From the NCBI RefSeq assembly GCF_009914755.1, contig NC_060927.1: 64,000 bases of DNA. The stretch is one strand, 5' to 3'. The notes below the pieces were generated by a model, which searched no databases, had not been told where the DNA came from, and worked only from the letters and a program-made list of their open reading frames with translations. How positions within the stretch are numbered: position 1 is the first letter of the stretch; each line of letters begins with the position of its first letter. Source of the DNA: the human T2T-CHM13v2.0 reference genome, Homo sapiens. This document shows, piece by piece, positions 26,021 to 43,799 of this stretch. Both the position numbers and the translations under genes were made by a program.

Positions 26021-27986
26021 TTAAAGAAACAGAAATCTGTGTATTACCTGACAAAGAGTTCAAAATAATCATCTTAAAGAAACTCAATATATTAGAGAAT
26101 ACAAATAGAAAACTAAACAAAATTAGGGAAATGATGCATGAACAAAATGAGAATATCAACAGAGTTTGAAATTATTAAAAAAAAACAATTCTAGATCTGA
26201 AGTATATGATAATTGATTTGAAAAATTCATTACAGAGTGTCAACAACAGACTTGGCCAAGCAGAAGAAAGAATCAGTGAACTTGAAAATAGGTCACTTGA
26301 AATTATTGAGTCAGAGGAACAAAAAGAAGAGGGCCTAAGAGCCTTACAAACACATTCAAGTGGACTGATGTACACATTATGGGAATTTAAGAAGGGGCGG
26401 GGAGAGAGAGAGAGAGACAGAGAGAGAGAGAATGGAGTAGAGAGAATGGAGCAGAGAGCTTACTTGAAGAAATAATGGTCAAAAATTTCCCAAGTTGGAG
26501 GAAAGAAATGGAAATTCAAATTCAAGAAGCTTAAACAAGTCCAATAATATGAACCCAAAGAAGCTCATAAAGAGACACATTATAATCAAACTGTCGAAAA
26601 TCAAAGACAAAAAGAAAATCTTGAAAGCATCAAGAAGAAAAGTTCTTATCACATGCAAGGAAATCCCCATGAGATTGTCAGCAGGTTTTTTAGCAGAAGC
26701 ATGGCAGACTAGAAGGGAGTGGGATAATATACTCAAAGTGCTGAAAGAAAAAAAACCCCACCAACTTAGAATGCTATATTTGTCATAACCAACTTCAAAA
26801 ATGAAGGAGCAATAAGACCTCCCTATATAAACAAAAACTGAAGGAATTCATCACAACTAGACATGTCTTACATGAATTGCTGAGAGTTCCTTCAGTTGAA
26901 ACAAACACACTAGACAACACCACCGAAGCATACAAAAACTTAAAAGCTCTCTGGTAAAGTTGAATTTATAGACAAATATAGAATATCGTAAGATTTTAAA
27001 GATGGTGGATAAATCACTTTGATTTCTGGCATATAATTTAAACAATAACAACATAAAAATTACTATAATACTATGATAATAGATGCAAAATATAAAAATA
27101 TGTAATTTGTGACATCAATAACATGAAGAGATAGTGAATGTAAAGGAGTAGATTTTTTGTATGTAGTTAAAGTTGTTATAGTTTAAAATAGATTGGTATA
27201 ACTAGAAGATATTTTATGTAATCCTGATGGTAAACACGAAGAAAATGCCTATAGAAGGTGCACAAAAGAAAATGAAAAAGGAATAGAAGTATGTCACTAA
27301 AAAAAAAAAACAAAACCCAAAGGAAGCCAGCAAGAGAAGAAAAGAAAGTCAAAATAACCACATAACATATAGAAAATAATAAAATGGCATTAGTAAATTA
27401 TTCTGTACCAATAATTATGTTAAATGTAAATTGATTAAACTCCCTAATCAAAAGACATAGAATGGCTTGATTGAAAAAAGTAGAACTATATGCTGCCTCC
27501 AAGAAACTCACTTTAGATTTAAGGACACACATAGGTTGAAAGTGAAAGGATAGAAAAAGATGTACCATGCAAATTGTAACCAAAAGAAAATGAGATGAAT
27601 ACATTTATATTGGACTTTAAGTCAATAACTCACAAGGGACAAAGAAAGACATTACCTAATAATAAAAGAGTCAATCCAACAGAAAGATATAAAAAGTACA
27701 AATATGTATGAACATAACAACAGAGCATCAAAATATATGAAGCAAACATTGACAAAATTGAAGAAACAAACAGAATAACACAATAATAGTAATATATTTC
27801 AATATCACATTTTCAGTAATGAACAGATCAACTAGACAAAAGATCAAGAAGGAAACAGGGTATTTGAAAAACACTATAGAACAATTGGGCCTAACAGACA
27901 TACAAAACACTATACCTAGCAATAGGAGAAAAATATTCTCCTTAAGCACACATGGACCTTGTTCTAGGATAAGTAATATGTTAGGC

Positions 27987-28329
27987 CAGGGGTCCACAAC
28001 CCCTGGGCTGCAGACCAGTACCAGTCCATGGCCTGTTAGGAACCAGGCCACACAGCAGGAGGTAAGTGGCAGGCAAGTGAGCATTACCACCTGAGCTCTG
28101 CCTCCTGTTAGATCAGGGACAGCATTGGATTCTCATAGGAGTACGAACCCTATTGTGAACTGCACATGCAAGAGATCTAGGTTGCACGCTTCTTATGAGA
28201 ATCTAACTAATGCCTGATGATCTGAGGTGGAACAGTTTCATCCCGAATCCATCTCTCACCACCCGCATCTGTGGAAAAGTTGTTTTCCACGAAACTAGTC
28301 CCTGGTGCCAAAAAGGTTGGGGAGTGCTC
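27987..28329 (+). mobile_element. MER1B-like hAT-Charlie DNA transposon
   Basis: caggggtcc...aaaaaggttggggag termini; 8-bp TSD tgttaggc / tgttagac. Confidence 0.88.
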
Positions 28330-28559
28330 TGTTAGACCACACATCTGTAGATGCAAGTTATTAGTAATGTTAGTTCTTTGGTTGAGTGGTTTCAATACGA
28401 TTATATTCTGTATATTAAATCTATGTTACATACATTGTTATTTTCATATCAAGTATTACATGATGAAAAATAAAATAGAATTAAATTTTGTAAGGGTATA
28501 TAGAGTCTCAGATCAACATCCTGCAGATTTTTCAGCAATAAAATTTAAAAATATCTATA

Positions 28560-29056
28560 AGTTTATAATTAGAGTAAACATACAAAGTCATTCATAGCAT
28601 CTTTATTTGTAACAGCCAAAAACTGAAAACAACCCAAATGTTCATCATTTGGTGAAGGGGTAAGTAGAGCATATCCATACAATGGAATACTATTTAGCAA
28701 CAAAAAGGAACAAATTATTAATACATGTAAGAAATATTATCCTCAAAAACATTACGCTAAGTGCATAATGCAGACACAAAATGTAGTAGATATTATGTGG
28801 GTTCCACTTATATAAAAATTCTAAGAAAAAAAGAATCTATATAAGCAGAAAGTAGATTATTGGGGATCTACTAGGGATGAGAAAGAGGGTTGCAAATTGC
28901 CATGAGGTAACTTTTTGGGGTAATGGAAATGTTCTAAAACTGGATGATGGTGTCAATGTGACAACTGTGTAAATTTACTAAAAATTATCAAACTGTACAC
29001 TCCCAGTGGGTGAATTTTATAGTTATGTAAATTACATCTGAATAAAGCTGTTAAAG
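28560..29056 (+). mobile_element. Old L1M 3' end
   Basis: aacaacccaaatgttcatc...atacaatggaatactat...aaatgttctaaaactgg...aataaagctgtt. Confidence 0.8.
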
Positions 29057-29094
29057 TAGAGTAAGCCACTCAGTGACTAACCCCCTCTCAAAAT

Positions 29095-32220
<3,126 letters not shown>

Positions 32221-32673
32221 TGATTATTACCAAATAATGATGCAACTCTAGATATATTTGGTGATTTGCTTTTATATTTTGAAACTTAACTGAATTTTAC
32301 TATGATATTCAATTCATATTTATATTAATATCAAAATTATCTATCCTTTTATTGAATATAAATAATTTTACATGAAAATATGTTGTTCACTTTCCACAGG
32401 CCATTTTTCATTGTTCTCCATTACACATATAACCTTTTTACAGTAAAGTCTAAGGAATTATTGTTCTTTTTCTAATCTTTAGATTTTAGTATATTGTTTA
32501 AGAAATGAGCCATTGTTTTAAGCTTAGAAATGGTTTAGCATACATTAGTTTTCATTAAAGTGGTATTTTTGAATCAAAATTGTATCAACAGTAACTCAAG
32601 TTTCTGTACATTTGGAGTGATTATGATTTTTATTTAGTATACTTTAATTAATGCTAATTTATTTCTCATCTAG

Positions 32674-32714
32674 TCATGCAGATGGATCAATAAAATTTTG
32701 GGATGCTTCTGCAA
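32674..32714 (+). CDS. STXBP5L: STXBP5L coding exon, 41 nt: (G)HADGSIKFWDASA(I)
   Basis: Acceptor tttctcatctag|T, donor GCAA|gtaagt; classic WD40 end motif DGSIKFWD; phases fit both neighbours. Confidence 0.94.
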
Positions 32715-34028
32715 GTAAGTTTCAAGTTTCTGTACAACAGAAACCAATTGGTTAATATTTACTTATAGCCAGCTACCACTTTTTAGTTTGGGCAATTAAA
32801 ATTTCAGATATATTTTTAGCACACATATGTGGCTGTGTTACAAAAATCTATTACCTACACTGTTAGATCAGTTGAAAGTATTATCTCTGCTTTACTTCTC
32901 TTCTATAATATAAGGTAAACAAGACTAAGTCACTCTTTGTCAGCAACCCATTATATCTACAAGAGGCATGATACATCAGAAAAAGTACCAAACTCTGTTA
33001 AATTAACTCTGTTCAAGGAATTTCCTTCACCCTCTACCTGTGTGGTCTTCGCCAAGTGCTTATATCCCTCTAGTCTTCACTTTTTTTTCCCCACTCATCT
33101 ACCACATCCTGCAAAGATCAAATGATTTGATAACTATAAGAACTCTTTTTAAATTCTTGAGAATTATGTAACTTACAGAATAAATAAGGTACTCTGCTCA
33201 ATGTTGAAGGAATGCAAAGATACTTAAGACTTCATTATACTCATATATACCCTTCAGAAAAATTGTAGTCATTAGAAAAGATAAAGAAATGCACATATAT
33301 AACTATAGGGAAAACAATATAAGAACTCTCAATGCAGTACCCCAGATCTGTTTGCTATCAGAAATGGGAGAGTCTTATTGAGACCTGGTAGATCCAGGAA
33401 AGGTATTTTGATGGAGTTAACATTTAGTGTGAGTTTTGGAAGTTAGTTAACTTTTGACAGGAATAGGAGTGAAGAACAAGTTAACAGTGACTCTAAGTTT
33501 CTGAAGATGAGTAACCAGGAAGATGTAGGTAACTCTTTTGGAAATAAGGAATAAAAGAGAGCTTTGAATTTTTTAGTAAAACCATAAAATTCAAGTAAAA
33601 ATATCCAGCAGGTAAGGAGAACAGTCAGAAATGGAAACCAATGAAGAAGCAGCATAAAAGTGATGTTTGAAGCTGTAGAAATGAATAGCTTCTGAGGAAG
33701 ACTGCAATAAACACACAAGCAGAGGAAGAAGGTTGAATATTGATGATACTCTTAGCCCACAAGGTAGAGTCCCTTGAGCAAGCAAACTAACTATCAGCAA
33801 GAGAAAAGGATTAAAAGATCTAAACCCACACATTCTGAAGTCCCCTTCTGACTTCACATAATAAAAAGCAACTGCCTAAAGAGAAACTCCAAAGGACAAC
33901 AGACTTTCTGTTGATGAATCTTCTCATGCAAACCTGAGTTTGTTCCTGGAACAAAATTCATTGCATAGTGATGCCATTGCTCCTTTCCCACCACCTCAAA
34001 GTCGCTTTTTGGCTTTTAAAATGTGGAG

Positions 34029-34460
<432 letters not shown>

Positions 34461-34640
34461 TTATCACATTTAGAATATAAATTGCAAATGATTGCAGCAT
34501 GTTTAATATTTTCACTGTAATCAAGGTCATATCTCCAACTTAATGGATGTCTTAAAAAAATTACTTAGTTTGCTAACTTTGTGAAACACTGTCTAATACA
34601 GAAAGCAAAATGAATTTGAATAACTGAGTTTATATTATTA

Positions 34641-35110
34641 TGTATCTTAGTTTTCTATTGCTGAGTAATAAATTACCACAATTTAACAACTTAAAACAAT
34701 ACCCATTTATCATCTCACTGTTTCTGTGTGTTAGGAATTTGATTATACCTTCGCTGGGTCCTTTGCTCAGGGTGTCACAAGACTGTAATCAAGGTGTTGG
34801 CTGGGGCTGAGGTTTCATGAGACTGAAGGTTCTCTTCCAAGCTTATGTAATCGTTGGCAGACTTCATTTTCTTGCACATTCAGAGCTCATGGTAGCTTGC
34901 TGCTTCAAAGCTAGCAAGAGTGTCTCTTTACCTTCAGGGAGGGCCTCAGTCCCTCTTTTAAGGGGGCCATCTGATTAGGTTTTGGCTGTTAAGAATAAGC
35001 TCTTTGTTGATTAACTCAAAGTCAACTAATTAGGGACCTTAATGATGTCTGCAATATCATTTTACTGTTGTCATGTAACATAAATAATCATAGGAATGAT
35101 ACCCTATCTG
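34641..35110 (-). mobile_element. MaLR solo LTR (MLT1-type)
   Basis: ttagttttctattgctg...aaattaccac...ttaaaacaatacccatttat...caaggtgttggctggggctg. Confidence 0.75.
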
Positions 35111-35534
35111 ACCTCAGAAGCCAGGCTATAGCACGCAATACAATCCTTTGTCTATTTTTTAAAAAATCTATTTTAGCTTGACATAATTTCAAGCTTACAA
35201 AAACATTGCAAAAAAAAAAAAAGTACTATGAAATGGTTTATACCTCTCAACCAGATTCTCCAAATATTCCTTTCCTCTCCCTGGCTCTCTCTTTTACTCT
35301 TTATCTCTTCCTTCCATACATTTTTCTCTCACACACATACATATATACATATAGCTTTTTTTCTTACGCATTTGAGAGTAAGTTGGAGACACATTACATA
35401 CCCCTAAATACTTCAGTGTGTATTTCCTACAAACATTCACTTACATAACCAGACTTCAGTCATCAAAACCAGTAGATTAACACTGACACAACACTATTAT
35501 CTAATCTCCGGATTTTATTCAGCTTTTGCAAATT

Positions 35535-35907
<373 letters not shown>

Positions 35908-36849
35908 GCAAATTAATATTCTTTACGACAAAAAAATCCAGGATTATTTTTGCATTTAGTCATTGTATCTTCTGAGTTTTAAAAACTCTGGAAAAGTTCC
36001 TGAGTCTTCATTTCATGACACTGACATTTTTGAGGAGTTCAGGCCGGTTATTTTATAGAATCTCCTTCAGTCTGGTTTTGACTAATGTTTCTCATTATTA
36101 GATTCAGGTGATGCACTTTTCACAGGATTCATATTTAAAACTTTACTCAAGGATCCTTTGTAGAATCATAGTTCTTTTATAGAGTTATTATCATCATGGT
36201 CTCCAATGGAAAAATATTCCCCCAAATATTCTTAAAAACAGTTCACAAACACAATGTATGAGATTATATCTGACCCTTTCTTGACACAGAGCCACTCAGA
36301 AAAGATCCCTTCTCAAATAGTTACAGATTCTTGGACTCCCAATATTGCTAACTGGTAAATTACAATGTTTCTTATCTGAAGGAGTGTCTAAAAATTTGTT
36401 GAGAGTAGTAAACCCTCTAGGAATACCATCAACCTCTCACCTAACAATCAAAGGGGAAAACTGAGATAAAGAATAGAGGAGTCTCCGCTAGGGAAGAATT
36501 ATTTTCAGTATTCCCATTTTAGACTTTCTGTGCCCCAATATTTTTATCAATAAATAATGATAAAAATACTTCCTTCATGAGACTTTTCTGAGAATGACAC
36601 AAGAAAGCAACTATATATTCCTTGGTATGTAGTATATATTCAAGGAATGTTTATTTTTTTCCCTGTAGTCTCCCTCTAGCTGCTGTACTGATATGAAAGC
36701 GTGGCATTGAATGCTTTACTGGTTAAAATGTAATTCACTTTGTCTACTTAGGTTTACTTTTGTTGTTTAACAAATATATTGGAAAAGCTTTAATAACATC
36801 TAAGAATTAAGTTTAAATTAGAAGATAACTGTGCTTCGATGTCTTATAG

Positions 36850-37067
36850 TAACTCTGCAGATGCTGTACAAGCTAAAAACTTCAAAAGTGTTTGAAAAAC
36901 AGAAGGTAGGAGAAGGAAAACAAACATGTGAAATTGTAGAGGAAGACCCATTTGCCATTCAGATGATTTACTGGTGTCCAGAGAGCAGAATATTCTGTGT
37001 ATCAGGAGTCTCTGCATATGTCATAATTTATAAATTCAGCAGACATGAAATTACAACAGAAATAGTG
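36850..37067 (+). CDS. STXBP5L: STXBP5L coding exon, 218 nt: TLQMLYKLKTSKVFEKQ...YKFSRHEITTEIV
   Basis: Acceptor gtcttatag|TA, donor GTG|gtaagt; lies within ORF-track entry 36831-37109. Confidence 0.95.
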
Positions 37068-37924
37068 GTAAGTTATTTAAAATTTAACTTTCACTTTTAC
37101 AGTTATTAAAAGAAAGCTATTATCATAGATTTGACTACTACTTGGTATGGTTTCCATGAAGTGTGCAGTATGTGGCTAGTAATACAATTCACAGGATTTT
37201 AAATTATTATTGTTACTTACTATAACATATTAATAAATGATTTGGCCTAAAAGGCCAAAACAATTCTCTATCAAAACTTGGTATTTTTTTCAATGTCAAA
37301 ACAAGCTTAGTATTTAAGTTAATCTTGTTACAAATTAAACATGTTACAATTTTCTCACTTTTCTCTTTGATGTTACATGAGTTGCATCTACCTGGCCGAA
37401 ATAAGTCAACTCTACAACATGATGTTTTGAACTATGTATATATTGTGGAATATACACCTATATATTCTTCTATATATACTAATAAAATGTATAGGTTTTA
37501 TACATATAGTTATTGATTTATTTTTGTATAAAAATCAAATTAATGCAGGCTTTGTTCTATACTTTTATTAATTTTTAAGTTTATCTGATTTGTATTTTCT
37601 CATCAACTGTTTGACATAAATAATTATTTCTCAGCTACAATAAGGTTATTTTTAATGATTTTCTATGTAGCAACATTTTTATGGGGTAGATCTAATTATG
37701 GGGCAACCTTACCTAATCTTAATTTTTAAATCAACGAAATACTCTGCTTATTCAAAAGAATAATGATTTTATGGGATAAATTAATTCTAAATGAAGCCAC
37801 CTATAAACAACTGTCCTTCTCTACCTTGCCCCTTTTACCAGAATATAAAGATTATTTACTATAGGCCTGGGTATAAGTGTTTTTACCTCAACAGCTAAAA
37901 TTAATATCACCCTTTTATTGTATA

Positions 37925-38210
37925 GTAGCTGAAAGCTAAGGCTTTGAGTCAGATAAACCTAGGTTTTAATTCTGGCTTTCCCATTAAATATCTGTGTGAC
38001 TCTGAACAAGCCATAAGTCAGTAGTAGAATGTAGCTATGATTCAGTTTCATCACATGTACAATTCCCTGTGTAAATAAAATGGGAAAATGGAAAATAAAA
38101 ATAAACTTGGAATATAAATACCAATTTCATAGGGTTCTTGTGATGATTATATAAAGACATTATAATAGTGTCCTTACTGTAGTAAGCACTCAATAATTGG
38201 TAACTGTTTT
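37925..38210 (+). mobile_element. MIR SINE
   Basis: ggctttgagtcagataaacctaggtttt...ctgtgtgactctgaacaag...catagggttcttgtgatgatt. Confidence 0.65.
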
Positions 38211-39115
38211 GTCACCACCAGAGGTTTTTCTGTAGTTTTAAAATAATTATGACAATAATTTTGGTGATATTCCCATAATGACATTTTTGTAAGTAATTGT
38301 TTTCAATCTTAAAAATGCTCATTTTTACATTATAAGGCAAATATGTGTTATAAAATCAGTTCTAATTAAATCATTTAATGCATTTTATGCATTCATAAAG
38401 TATTTAGTTTTAAAACTTTTTTAGTTTAATAAAGGTTTTTAGGTCACCTTTTTATTCCTATGTAAATTATTATATGTTTTTTATCAAGTAATTCTGATCT
38501 GCTAATTAGATTAAACAAAAGCCAAGGTAATGAAATAAACAACCAAAAATATGGAATTTTGTTTGGAAAATTTTTAGTGAATTAATGCAAAGTTAAAATG
38601 CAATGAAAGTTTTTTATACTAAAAGGCTTTAAACAAGTAATTTTTTCATACACACACAAACATACACACTACACACACATATACACGTTTGTGTGTGTAT
38701 ATGAAAAAAGTTTAATTTCTTTCATTGGAATAACCATAATCAACTTCTCCTTTTATTTTATCATATATCAAATTGTAATATATAAATTGTAATTTATACT
38801 ATATCTTAAAGTATATTTATTATATAAAAACTTTATCTTCACTGAGGTATTTTTCTTTTAATTCTGAAGTTTAAAAATTTACATTTTTTGTGATTGCCAT
38901 TGAATATTCCATATAATTAACTATTTGATTTAGTATGAGATACTTCTCAACTTTCCTGTAAATAGTATTGAACTTATTAATTTGAAAAAAACTGTGTGAA
39001 TGATTCCTAAAAAGTTATCAGGTATTTTAATGTGATTATTTATTATGACTTAGATTAAATTAAAACGATGATTATTAGTGTGACTTAAATTAAATTTAAA
39101 CTTGATTTTTTTAAG

Positions 39116-39288
39116 TCATTAGAGGTACGACTTCAGTATGATGTTGAAGATATTATTACCCCTGAACCAGAAACAAGTCCTCCGTTTCCAGATCTCTCAG
39201 CCCAGCTTCCTTCTTCAAGGAGTCTTTCTGGGAGCACTAACACTGTTGCTAGTGAAGGAGTAACAAAGGACAGTATTCCATGCCTCAA
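39116..39288 (+). CDS. STXBP5L: STXBP5L coding exon, 173 nt: SLEVRLQYDVEDIITPEPETSPPFPDLSAQLPSSRSLSGSTNTVASEGVTKDSIPCL(N)
   Basis: Acceptor tttttttaag|TCA, donor CTCAA|gtaaga; open frame, phase 0 to 2. Confidence 0.93.
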
Positions 39289-39600
39289 GTAAGAGTTTCT
39301 ACCAAATTTTCAAACAATTTTAGATATTAATCATATGTCTTTGAAACTGTGACAAATGAAATTAATTTTCTCTTATTATCAAGCTATTGTCAGGTGATCT
39401 ACAATTCTTCAGGGGTTACTCTGGTCTTTTCTTTGAACATCTGTGAAGAGGGCATAATATTTTCACCCTTCATTCACTTATTTATATATTTCCTTCCCAG
39501 AAGGACTCTAAAGAAAACATGGCTTTCACAGAATAGGAAGTTTGGCAGGGCAGAAACTTGGTGACATGCATGATATTTCCAATTGAAAAAGTATGTTTAT

Positions 39601-39897
39601 GGGGTGTGATGGCTCACGCCTGTATTCCCAACACTTTGGGAGGCTGAGGTGGGAGGAATGCTTGAGACTAGGAGTTTGAGAGCAGCCTGGGCAACATAGC
39701 AAGACCTTGTATCTACAAAAAATTTAAAAATTAACTGGGTGTGATGGTACACACCTGTAGCTCCAGCTTCTAGGGAGGCTGAGGCGGGACAATCACTTTA
39801 GCTCAGGAGTTTAAAGTTGCAGTGAGCTATGGTCTTGCCACTGCACTCCAGCCTGGGTGACAGTAAGACCCTGTCTCCAAAAAAATAATAATGATAA
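39601..39897 (+). mobile_element. Alu (AluJ-like) with TSD
   Basis: Dimeric Alu; aagtatgtttatg on both flanks. Confidence 0.9.
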
Positions 39898-40997
39898 TTT
39901 TTTAAAGAAGTATGTTTATGTAATTTCTTTAGCTTTCTTGGAATCAAAAAGAAAACCAAGTTTACTATCTACTACAAGAGTTCTATATTAGAAAAAAGGA
40001 TTTCTCTCATGATTGCTAGTATATTTCATAATCTTTCTTTTTTAAAACTATTTATTAATAAGCTAAACAAAGATTTGCATCATGTTCAATAAAACCTAAA
40101 GTTAACAAAGCCCATAGTAATATTTTATGATTTTAGTAATAGAGTATAAATTACTACTTACTGCTTCTATACCATCAAATCAAATATTTCTAGTGTTAGC
40201 TGGCTGGAGAATTAAACCTAAGCAGGGAATTTCTTTGAGCTGCATATCTACATTTGCCACTCAAAAAACTTTAGACAGCTAGTTTTCTCATTTCTTACAA
40301 ATATGCTTATGGAAAATTTAGAGATAAGATTTTAGGAGCAAAATTCATGCAATTAGCAGATGCTATACTTTTGTAATCATTGATTGTCCTCTCAAAATTT
40401 TCTTTTGATGTACATAAAAAGAAGGAAATATGAGCAAATATTACTGGGAGGAAAATCTACAAAGAGAAAACATCATCATAAAATTTTAGCTAGTGGATAT
40501 ATTTTTTGAAAGTAGCATCAGTAGTATTTGATAATTGGTTTGTTGGGAAGTATGAGAGAAAGATATTAGTCAGCTTTAAAGGAAAATAGGAATTCAGATG
40601 CTAGATATGTTGAACTCTTACACTGGAGGGTAGGTTAATGGTCATTTGTTTTATTGTTATGCTTTATAACTGATATATATGTAACATATATTACATTAGA
40701 AAAATAATTACATAATAAAAATAACTTAAAATAATATTCTCAAAAGAAAAAATTGAAATGATAAAGGCCAGTTGAAGTTGTGGACCTAACTGGCTGAAAA
40801 GCCACATAAAGAAATAACTAAGTAATCATAAGGGACTCAGCATATTTTGAGAAAACTAGAAGGCACCATCCATCTGCATGCTGCCTGCAATGCCTGGTGT
40901 TGTATATTTCTGTAGCATGATTCTATGTAAATTCTCAAGATAAGTTTGACCATGTTTATTTAAGCTGTATATAATAGGATTGTTTTTGTTCTTAAAG

Positions 40998-41123
40998 TGT
41001 GAAGACACGGCCAGTGCGAATGCCTCCAGGATATCAAGCAGAACTTGTTATTCAATTGGTGTGGGTAGATGGTGAACCTCCACAACAGATTACTAGTCTT
41101 GCTGTAAGCTCAGCATATGGAAT
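40998..41123 (+). CDS. STXBP5L: STXBP5L coding exon, 126 nt (symmetric phase 2-2): VKTRPVRMPPGYQAELVIQLVWVDGEPPQQITSLAVSSAYG(I)
   Basis: Acceptor tttttgttcttaaag|T, donor GAAT|gtaagt. Confidence 0.94.
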
Positions 41124-41399
41124 GTAAGTAATTAAACTTTTTTATGATATGTATTATTTAGCTAATATGTTTGATTTTTTAGATGTTCCTTGCTTAAGTC
41201 CTAAAAATGAAAAGAAGCCCTTACCTGGATTTTTATTAGATTAAACAATATATAAGAAAAATAATTTAAATTTACATTATGGTTTTTTGTTCTTTCTTGA
41301 AGTCAAACCTGTGATAGTGTTCCCAATTTTGATGTTAGTAGGAGATTGTTAGGATTTTATTACACTTAAACTGTGTTGTTTGTTTTTATATTGTCTTTT

Positions 41400-42700
41400 T
41401 TTCTCTTTATATTTCATTTTGGATACTTTCTTTTGACTTATCCTTTAGAGTTCACTAACTCCCTCTTCAACTGTGTCTGATCTGATGGTAGATCCACCTA
41501 TGGAGTTCAATTTCAGCTATTTTATTTTTCAGTTCTAGACCTTACATTTGATTATTTTAAAACATCCTGTTCTCTTCCTAAATTATCACTCTATTCTTTA
41601 TTTCTTTGAACATATTGAATGTATGACTTTAAAATGTGTTACTTTAAATATGTGTTTGATACTTCCATATTTGGTATCTAGTCTATTACATTTCTTAGTT
41701 TTGGGTCACATTATATTATGTTCATGTATGCCAGTTTGTATGATTTTTTTATTAGTTGTTCCTGGTTTTTTTTTTAATTGAGAAATGAACATTATAATTT
41801 GAGGTTCTAGATGATACTTTCCTCCAGAAAGTATCTACATTTCCTCTGGCAGTCTAGGTTAAAAAACTATTGAAGGGTCAGAACAACATAATTCAAGCAG
41901 ACATCAGGTCTTTGAAAGTTGGATTTTATTCCCATTAAAGCCTAATTTAATTTCAGTTAATCCTTATTTCTAGGTTGTAGCCCTCCACAGAGGTTGTGTC
42001 AAACTATACTCCCACCACCAATGTTTAGAATGTCTACTTTCCTACAACCTTTCTAACTACAATGTATAATCAAACTTTCCATCCTGGTCAGTTTGTTAAG
42101 TAAAGAGTAGTATGTTATTATAATATCAGTAAAATTTTTGTATATCTTAAGTGAAATTGAACATCTTTTCCTGTTTTGTGACATTCTGTTTCTATTCTTT
42201 GTCCATTTGTCTGTAAAGTTGTTGGCCTTCATAGAGATTTGTGAAAACTGTTTGCATATTAGGGAAGTTAGCTTTCTCTATAGTGTAATTTGCAATGATC
42301 TTCCCTGCTTTTGTTTGCTTTATGACTTTGTTTAAGATGGTTCTTACTTTAAAGAATTTTTTGCAATTCTATTTTTTGTTATCTTTTATGGCTCTGAATT
42401 TGTGTCTTATTTAAAAAGTCCTTCCTCACTTCAAGATAATAATAAAAATTAATAAAAACAAAAAAATTATGTTCTCTCTAATATGCTTTTTTTCTTTTAT
42501 ATGTTTAAATCTTTGATCTGTCTGGAATTTTTTTAAGTATAAGATATGAAGTAAGTATTAAACTATATTTTTTCCTGATGGCTAAGAATTGTGCCAATAC
42601 CGTTTCCTGAATACTTCATCTTTCTATGCTTATTTGGAATCAACTTTTATCAAATAATACATTACCTTATATATTTCACTTTTATTTCTGTACTTCCTAA
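41400..42700 (-). mobile_element. Ancient L1ME-like antisense fragments
   Basis: ctcttcaactgtgtctgatctg, tactcccaccaccaatgt, gtttaaatctttgatctgtctggaattt. Confidence 0.55.
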
Positions 42701-43199
42701 GCTGAGTCTTATAAGCTCCAAGAGAATGCCTTGAAACCATCAGTAAGGAGTCCATGGAAAAAAGTCTTATCTTTGAGTACCTGGAATTTTCTTCAGGGGG
42801 ATGTGGAGGATATATGTGAACATAGAGTATTGGGTGCTTGCTTCTTTACTAGAATATTATTTGATGGGAAAGCTGGCAACCACAGTTGATGGATGATGGG
42901 AGAGAAGGAATGGACTGTGGGATAGCCTACTGTTTCATTATTTGATACGGTAAGAATATATGATTATTCTCTAGCCCAAGTAATTACTGTGAAAGATAGT
43001 TGAGCTCAAGCCATCTTCTGAGTTCACTTCTCTAGAGTTTGACCTGTAAAGACAAGGGGACTTCAGAATTCAGAGACTATAAAGATGTGTCACCTGGTTC
43101 AGAAGCTGAAGTTTGTTAGAATAGATCAGATAAAAAAACACATTTCCCTTATAAGGGAACTGTGGAGGTGAAAGTTATTACAGAGCTTCTGAATAACTG

Positions 43200-43790
43200 A
43201 CACTTGTATGAAAATGACAGCTTGGACATCTATCTCATAGAGAGCCTCCACTGCAAAAATCCTAGTTCATGTGGCTACTAGAGTAAATTCCACCAAGTTT
43301 TAAAGAAATAAATTTTACAAGTATTACTTTAAATGTTCCTGAGAATTATTAAAGATGAAATCATGTTCATCTCATTTTATGGCCAACATAACTCGATGCA
43401 AAAACTTGAAAAGGGTATTACAAAAAGAGAAAGTTGTAAGTCTATATCATTTATGAACATGGATTTAAAATCCCAACCAAAATATAGATAAATCTAGCAA
43501 TTAAAAAAGATAACATATCATAACCAAGTTTGGTTTACACCAGGAATTCAAAGTTTTTAAACATTTTAAATTAATCAGTGTAGTTCATCACATTAGCAAA
43601 TAAACTAGAAAAACCATATGATGGTCTGGTCAGGAATGCAAAAAACAAAAACATCTGATAAAATTAAATATCCATTTATGACTTCAAAAGAAACTAATAG
43701 CTAAAATGGAAGGAATTTTTCTTAATCTGATACATTTTAGCAAATATGCTCTATGGTGAAATGTTAGAGACTTTGTCTTTGAGGAAAAAA
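43200..43790 (+). mobile_element. Old L1M ORF2 (RT region) fragment
   Basis: aaattccaccaagttttaaagaa...tcattttatggccaacataac...ccaagtttggtttacaccaggaattcaaag. Confidence 0.7.
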
Positions 43791-43799
43791 TAAGAGAAG

